DNA of 64,000 nucleotides from Candidatus Babelota bacterium (GTDB lineage Bacteria; Babelota; Babeliae; Babelales; Vermiphilaceae): NCBI GenBank assembly GCA_049325595.1, contig JBMOLF010000015.1, positions 160,001 to 224,000 of the forward strand, read 5' to 3'. Shown piece by piece: positions 58,317 to 64,000 of this stretch (position 1 is its first letter; each line of letters starts with the position of its first letter). The notes under the pieces were generated by a model. It saw only the letters and a program-made list of their open reading frames with translations, ran no database searches and was not told where the DNA came from. The position numbers and the translations under genes were made by a program.

Positions 58317-59459
58317 TTATAAAAAATTCTCAAGATAAGTAACAATTCCTTTTGAAATTCCTTCACTTATGAGCGATAAATAATGCGGGTCTTGCAAAAG
58401 CTTTGATTCAAGCGGGTGAGATAAAAATCCCACTTCTATAAGCGCTGAAGGCATAATAGCTCCTAATAAAATTTGGGAAACTGCTTTTTTTACCTTCCGA
58501 TCAACAAGCACCGGATTTTTTGTTTTTAACACATTAAACACCTGCTCATGTAAACAAGAACTCAAATATGAACTTTGCTTAGAAATATCTTTTTTGAATT
58601 TGTTAATTATTTTGTTGTCGCAATTGCTTACAGATTGCATTATTAAAGGGTCAAAAAAAAAGGTTTCCAGACCAGAAGCATTTTGATTTAATGCAAAATT
58701 TGCATGTATTGAAACCAATAATAAAGCTTGTTTGGTATTTGCAAATGTAGTTCGTTCATCAAGGGCCACTGTTTGATCGCTTGTTCGGGTTAATTCAACT
58801 AGATATCCTTTGTGACCAAGTTTATCAGCAACGTCTTTACCAATAGCCAAAACAACTTCTTTTTCCATTAAACCGTCCGCACTAATAGCCCCGGCATCTT
58901 GTCCGCCATGACCACAATCAATAATAATTGGCATTTTTTTTTTATCGCTACGCCATGCAGTTTGCAAAATTTTTTCGTCTTTATCTTTCAAATTATCAAG
59001 TAACAATTTGTTATAAAAATAAAAAACAATGCCTTTTTGCATACTAATAGCTACAAATTGATCGTGCTGAATCATTATTTTTTTAGGATCATATTTGATA
59101 GTTAACAACAATCCACGTTCTGGTTTTTTTGTTGGAGTAACAGTAATAGCATAGTAAAGACCATGATTTTTTTTTGAATCAGTAATCATATCATTTAATG
59201 ATGGATTAATTTCTACGTTAGGAAAAAAATACTCTACAGTTTGTATGTCAGTAACTGATGTATGTTGAGAATTTTTTTTAATTTCAGGCATTTGATTAAA
59301 ATAAAAAACCAATTTTCCTAACTCAAGTGGAGATTCTAGTAGATTTTTTTGTTCAACATTTTTATGGTGCATAATCTTTTCCATAGAAATTGATGCGGCT
59401 TTAGTTAACCCTATTGTCATTAATAGCATTGGTAAAAAAAATTTGATATTCATACTCAT
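58317..59459 (-). CDS. N-acetylmuramoyl-L-alanine amidase (Amidase_3)
   Basis: IDCGHGGQDAGA, EKEVVL, LTR..D..VALDERT, SIHAN, ALIEVGFLS; signal peptide. Confidence 0.92.
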   Translation of the reverse strand: MSMNIKFFLPMLLMTIGLTKAASISMEKIMHHKNVEQKNLLESPLELGKLVFYFNQMPEIKKNSQHTSVTDIQTVEYFFPNVEINPSLNDMITDSKKNHGLYYAITVTPTKKPERGLLLTIKYDPKKIMIQHDQFVAISMQKGIVFYFYNKLLLDNLKDKDEKILQTAWRSDKKKMPIIIDCGHGGQDAGAISADGLMEKEVVLAIGKDVADKLGHKGYLVELTRTSDQTVALDERTTFANTKQALLLVSIHANFALNQNASGLETFFFDPLIMQSVSNCDNKIINKFKKDISKQSSYLSSCLHEQVFNVLKTKNPVLVDRKVKKAVSQILLGAIMPSALIEVGFLSHPLESKLLQDPHYLSLISEGISKGIVTYLENFL

Positions 59460-59472
59460 CCCCTAATTTTCA

Positions 59473-60510
59473 TTATGTATGTTTATTCCGATCAGCCACA
59501 TAAGCAAGTCGATGGGACTTTTCCCACGACTGTAAAAAATCTTGCAAGCAATAACGCTTATTTACTTCTCCTTTAGATTTGGCTGCCGGATCATTGCAAA
59601 TAACTTCTTTTTTTTGTGCATCATAGCCGGTAACTACCAGCAAATGCCCATTAGCATATTGCCCAAATGCACCTGGTAATGGCCCGCGAACACTTACTGC
59701 AACTGGTATGCCCGATTTTAAGTAGCGACATAAATGACTAAATGATTGAAGACGTACAACAGCAAACCACCATGCGCCTTTGCAACATTCAAATGCGTGA
59801 GCCATGTTAAACGGCCAACTACCATATTTTTCAAGGCCATGATCATATGATTTTTCAGCAAATATAATGGGATCAACTAATGATTTTATAAAATAACTAG
59901 TAATCATAGAACAAGATGTTGGCGAGCAAAGACCATCATTACGAGGATGATCAAGTTCAAATTGAGAAAAAATAGGTACATTTTTTATCCGTAAAGAACC
60001 TAATTTATTAAGATCATTTCCCCCAAGCTCAGATTTGAATTTTGAATTATCCGAAGTATTTACCATAAATGCTTTAAGATTGGCCAAACAAGCACCTCCA
60101 TGGGCATGTGCCTTGATAGCAAATGCATCACTCACGCCTTTTTTCTTGGTTTCTAAACGTACGTGCGCAAATTCTATACCATCAGATGTTTTGGTATGAA
60201 AAGACCGCTGAATAGTTGACCCCCATTCACTCATTTTGTACCAATCTGACCAGATTTTAGTTTTTGCATCGCGAACTTTTACCCAAAAACTATAATAACC
60301 TTTTTGGGGACGAAACCCATTCCATGAAAAAATTAGTTGTAAAAAATGAGGAATATCAGTCTGCGTAAACATGATTTCATTCGAATGTTTGTTAATTATT
60401 TTATTATCCAGTAATTTTCGATAAAACCATGTCCAAGCATTTTCATTATTTTGTTGGCCACGTACCGATAAAGTAATGAGTGATAGAGCAATTATTACTT
60501 TGCATTTCAT
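59473..60510 (-). CDS. Secreted C39-like cysteine peptidase
   Basis: FSQ...CSPTSCSM, NGHLLVVTG, NDPA triad; start placed at ATG 60510. Confidence 0.8.
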   Translation of the reverse strand: MKCKVIIALSLITLSVRGQQNNENAWTWFYRKLLDNKIINKHSNEIMFTQTDIPHFLQLIFSWNGFRPQKGYYSFWVKVRDAKTKIWSDWYKMSEWGSTIQRSFHTKTSDGIEFAHVRLETKKKGVSDAFAIKAHAHGGACLANLKAFMVNTSDNSKFKSELGGNDLNKLGSLRIKNVPIFSQFELDHPRNDGLCSPTSCSMITSYFIKSLVDPIIFAEKSYDHGLEKYGSWPFNMAHAFECCKGAWWFAVVRLQSFSHLCRYLKSGIPVAVSVRGPLPGAFGQYANGHLLVVTGYDAQKKEVICNDPAAKSKGEVNKRYCLQDFLQSWEKSHRLAYVADRNKHT

Positions 60511-60698
60511 CGCCACCCCTTTTGCTCTATTTGTAATTTTATAAAAATATTTTTTATCATACAATTACTAATATAATTCATTTTGACATCAAAAGTTCAA
60601 TGTTTTTGTAAAAAAAGTTAATTAGACTCAGATTACAAATTTCTTTTTTTTTATGTGATGGTATGTACATATTAAATAAGACGGGGGGAATTTTAATT

Positions 60699-61886
60699 AT
60701 GAAGAATTTTTTTTTATGTAGTATAGTTACCTTTTATTTTTTTAATATATCAGCCGAAAATCAACCTGATTATGGTGTTGTAATAACCCCTATTGCTGAT
60801 TTAGTGGGATCTCCAATACAAACATTTTTTCCTGCTATGTCAACAGATAACGCATATAAACAACTTATTCTGTGCAGCGCTGAAAAAAAACTATGGCAAG
60901 GCTGCCCTCGGTTACATCAACTTATAGCTCATGAAGTAGTTGAGATTATTGATGAAAATGATCATGAATTCAAAATAAAAACACCGCATCTTTTTTACCT
61001 TATTGGCAATTCACCCGAACAACAAAATATTTTCTGGGCTCAAAAAAAGAATATCGCATTACTGGATGATCTGGAAAAAAAATATGACGTACATAAGTCA
61101 AATTTTCCGTTTTTTAATAAACATAATACGCTTATTGTTCTTTCACGGCCATTTAAAGATCCTACTACAAAAATAGTTTATTCAGCAGGAACACAATTTG
61201 TGGCAAAAACTATTTATCCTAATCGCTTTGCAAAGGTTCTTATTTTTGATCCAGCGAAAAAAAAATTTAATTTGATAAAAATTGATTCGTGCTATTACAT
61301 AATCAAATCAAAGTTTATCGGCCAACAAAAAGCAAATTTTGTTAAATTACTACGCGATTGGGCACATCAAAAATATATTGCCTATGTTTTTGGTGGATGC
61401 AGTTTTACTAAGCCATGTAATAAATTATTTGATAAAAAAACAACTAACGGCACCATCAATTCTTATGTAAGATTGGAAAGTGAAAACACCATTAAAAATG
61501 GTTTTGATTGTGCCGGCCTTATATTCAGGGCCGCACAAGCAGCCGGTTTAAATTTTCCCTACAAAAATACCCATACCATTAAAGAATGTCTTCCTGCATT
61601 AACTAACCACGATCGTTTAGTTGAGGGCGATTTAATTTGGATACCTGGACACATTATGGCAGTAAGCGACCTGACTAAAAATTTATTAATCGAAGCCCGG
61701 GGTTATTCTCATGGTTACGGTATTGTACATGAAATCCCCTTAGATAAGGTATTTAAAAATATACGCACCTACCAAGATTTGATTGATGCCTATCATAAAA
61801 AAGAGATACTTTACCGTTTAGATGACCAAGGCAACATCCGCGATACTTTTAAGGAATTTAAATTATTAAAAATGGTTTACCAGTAA
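60699..61886 (+). CDS. NlpC/P60 family peptidase
   Basis: YVFGG, GFDCAGLI, GDLIWIPGHI, IEA; signal peptide; start placed at ATG 60699. Confidence 0.8.
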   Translation: MKNFFLCSIVTFYFFNISAENQPDYGVVITPIADLVGSPIQTFFPAMSTDNAYKQLILCSAEKKLWQGCPRLHQLIAHEVVEIIDENDHEFKIKTPHLFYLIGNSPEQQNIFWAQKKNIALLDDLEKKYDVHKSNFPFFNKHNTLIVLSRPFKDPTTKIVYSAGTQFVAKTIYPNRFAKVLIFDPAKKKFNLIKIDSCYYIIKSKFIGQQKANFVKLLRDWAHQKYIAYVFGGCSFTKPCNKLFDKKTTNGTINSYVRLESENTIKNGFDCAGLIFRAAQAAGLNFPYKNTHTIKECLPALTNHDRLVEGDLIWIPGHIMAVSDLTKNLLIEARGYSHGYGIVHEIPLDKVFKNIRTYQDLIDAYHKKEILYRLDDQGNIRDTFKEFKLLKMVYQ

Positions 61887-61990
61887 CTTTCTTTTCTAAA
61901 GAACTTAATGGTGATGCTCTGGCACTTAATAACGTTATCGTTTTATTAATTGGTTAACTGTATGTGTCAATTAATAACAATTGATAAATA

Positions 61991-62018
61991 AAAAGGCGCT
62001 GATTAAAGCGCCTCTTTT
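61991..62018. terminator. Bidirectional intrinsic terminator
   Basis: AAAAGGCGCT-loop-AGCGCCTCTTTT between convergent genes. Confidence 0.65.
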
Positions 62019-62041
62019 AATTTTATATCAATCAATAATAA

Positions 62042-62677
62042 TTACTGATGATGAATCTCAGTTCTAGTCACTGCATGACGCGTTTCAGTTTGTCTTACTT
62101 CGTGTCCAGCAATAAGACCTTTTTTATGATCATACCATGTTTTAACTTTATTATAGAGTTTATAGCTTCCATAACCAGCTAACGCTAAGGTAACAACAAA
62201 AATAGTTTTATTTTTAGTAACATCATTTACAAACATTTGTACATCTTGGCAACTATTTTTAAACACCTTAGTGATATTTGGCCAAGGTAAATCAGCAATT
62301 AACTTACCTGTTGCTTTTACATAATGAAGACCCGCTGAACCTAATGCTTTAAAGCCTTCACCAATATTTTCCCATGAAGATGGTACCGATTCAGTTTTTT
62401 CAGCTAATTTTGCAACTTCAGATGGTACATTTTGAGCGGTAATCTCAGGTAAACTAACCACTGCTTTAGCTGCTTCTGTTATTACCGATGATTGAGATAC
62501 TGGTGCGGTTAAAGCTATTTTAGGAGTATTGACTACTGACTTAACATACTCAGCACCCTTAGTAAATCCTTGAACCATTTCTGGAGTTGGATTAATATCT
62601 CCAGCCATAGCTACAACTAAACCATTACTCATAGCTAAAGCACTCAATAAAGCGATTGTTATAGTGTTAAATTTCAT
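62042..62677 (-). CDS. Secreted/membrane hypothetical protein
   Basis: GGAGG RBS before ATG 62677; VVA|MAG; C-terminal TM segment. Confidence 0.6.
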   Translation of the reverse strand: MKFNTITIALLSALAMSNGLVVAMAGDINPTPEMVQGFTKGAEYVKSVVNTPKIALTAPVSQSSVITEAAKAVVSLPEITAQNVPSEVAKLAEKTESVPSSWENIGEGFKALGSAGLHYVKATGKLIADLPWPNITKVFKNSCQDVQMFVNDVTKNKTIFVVTLALAGYGSYKLYNKVKTWYDHKKGLIAGHEVRQTETRHAVTRTEIHHQ

Positions 62678-62701
62678 ATATTCCTCCATTAAAAATCTTT
62701 A

Positions 62702-63775
62702 TTATGCTCGATTAGGCATATCTTTTATTTCATCTAAAACTTGTCTAATCTTTTCTAATGTTAATTCTGTTTTTAATCTTACTAATGCTGCTTTTTGTTT
62801 AAAAGCTAACCAATAATCTATTTGTGAACGTTGCTCTGAAAAAAGCAGATTTCCGGCAAAACGGTTAAGACCCCATGCAGTTACATAACCACCAACTATC
62901 ACCGCTTTTGGAACACCAACTATAAGCCTTGCCAATGCTCCAACTCCTTTACCAAGAGCCTGAGTTATCATAGCTAATCGACTTTCTTGCTCATCTATTG
63001 ACCATTCAAAATCTTTTAGTGGATTAAGATTTTGGTTTGTGTAAAACAATACGTTACGGCGTTTAAGCTCGTTCTCAATTTGATTCATTTCTCGATGAGT
63101 AAATGTTTCTATTTGAGCTATTGTTTTTCCTTGCGCATCTAAAATTTGCTCTAAAATAACTGGCCATTTATTTATTTTTCGAGGAATTAAAGGAATACGA
63201 GGAATTAGAGTTGAGCGGTGCAAGTAAGAAGACAACGTGCTAATATGTTCGTTCAATTGTTCTGTTTCTTCCTTTATTTTCAATAAAATTTGTGCTCGAA
63301 TTAAGGAAGGATTTTCAAGCAATGAATATTCAGAGCGTGAAACTAATAACTTTTTAAGTGGATTTTCATAGCAATCTTGCAAAAGCAATCCGATTCTAGG
63401 TGAGCCTAGTGTTTGTGCATTATTGGGATTAATATAATTATGCGCCAATTTTACGCCAGTATCCATAGTTTTTGCAGAATGCCACTTATAACCAACATAA
63501 GCAACTAGTGACCCTAAGCCAATTGCAGCCTTAGGATTTTCCATCGTTTGTTTAAATAATTCTGACGCAGGAACTACTGCATGAGTAGTATTAACTACAC
63601 CAGTGCCGATACCAGATAACACATTCCAACCAATAGTTTTACAGTTATTAGCAAGGGTATTTAAACCAGTCATAAAATGATTGGTAGTATTTACTTCACT
63701 ACCTAGTGCAGATGTAGTAATTAAAGATAAAATAAACCCGCTAATTATACGGGTTGATCGTAATGAAAATGTCAT
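62702..63775 (-). CDS. Secreted/membrane hypothetical protein
   Basis: GGAGG RBS before ATG 63775; ALG|SEV; internal hydrophobic segments. Confidence 0.6.
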   Translation of the reverse strand: MTFSLRSTRIISGFILSLITTSALGSEVNTTNHFMTGLNTLANNCKTIGWNVLSGIGTGVVNTTHAVVPASELFKQTMENPKAAIGLGSLVAYVGYKWHSAKTMDTGVKLAHNYINPNNAQTLGSPRIGLLLQDCYENPLKKLLVSRSEYSLLENPSLIRAQILLKIKEETEQLNEHISTLSSYLHRSTLIPRIPLIPRKINKWPVILEQILDAQGKTIAQIETFTHREMNQIENELKRRNVLFYTNQNLNPLKDFEWSIDEQESRLAMITQALGKGVGALARLIVGVPKAVIVGGYVTAWGLNRFAGNLLFSEQRSQIDYWLAFKQKAALVRLKTELTLEKIRQVLDEIKDMPNRA

Positions 63776-64000
63776 AAGTAAAACCTCCATTTCCCTTATG
63801 ATTTTTAACTTAATCTTATTGTAGCAGGTCTGCTACTTTTTTCAATCTATAATTTTATAATAGAATATATTATATCGCGTTTCAGGTTTAGTTTGACTAT
63901 TCTGCCCAAATAAATTTTTTTCAATATGAAAGATTAGATGCTTATTAGTATAAAAAGAATATTATAATGAATATAAATACTCTAAAGTAACTGATTGCTT

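Noticed and set aside
1..64000. tRNA, rRNA, CRISPR array, prophage or IS element
   Set aside because: No cloverleaf, regularly spaced repeats, transposase or phage structural genes seen by eye; tRNAscan/Infernal were not run

Overview
AT-rich bacterial chromosome segment. The gene repertoire suggests a protist-associated intracellular bacterium, most likely Candidatus Dependentiae/Babelota (TM6); this is inference, not a database result. Housekeeping genes (proS, xerD, dnaN-recF, ruvC, rplI-dnaB, ileS, murD, ftsW, thyX, pepA, rpiB, lolC/E, pgk, dnaA, an amidase) are interspersed with many signal-peptide-bearing orphan genes. No tRNA, rRNA, CRISPR array or intact mobile element was seen. Main observations: (1) an unannotated ~205-nt sRNA after recF, with a perfect sigma70 promoter, hairpins, an intrinsic terminator and a seed complementary to the RBS/AUG of a histone H1-like gene 10 kb away, reminiscent of chlamydial IhtA/hctA; (2) at least 10 mostly unrelated secreted proteins whose predicted mature N-terminus is M-E/D (often MExNN), a candidate effector tag; (3) effector-like cargo, including a K-Ras-like polybasic CaaX tail, a kinase-like protein and an F-box-like pair; (4) a protease-dead FtsH-like ATPase with a tandem AAA paralog, and a minor pseudopilin operon; (5) a lipoprotein TrxR-Trx fusion plus an exported thioredoxin; (6) a GH1 lacking its acid/base Glu; (7) a dif-like site.
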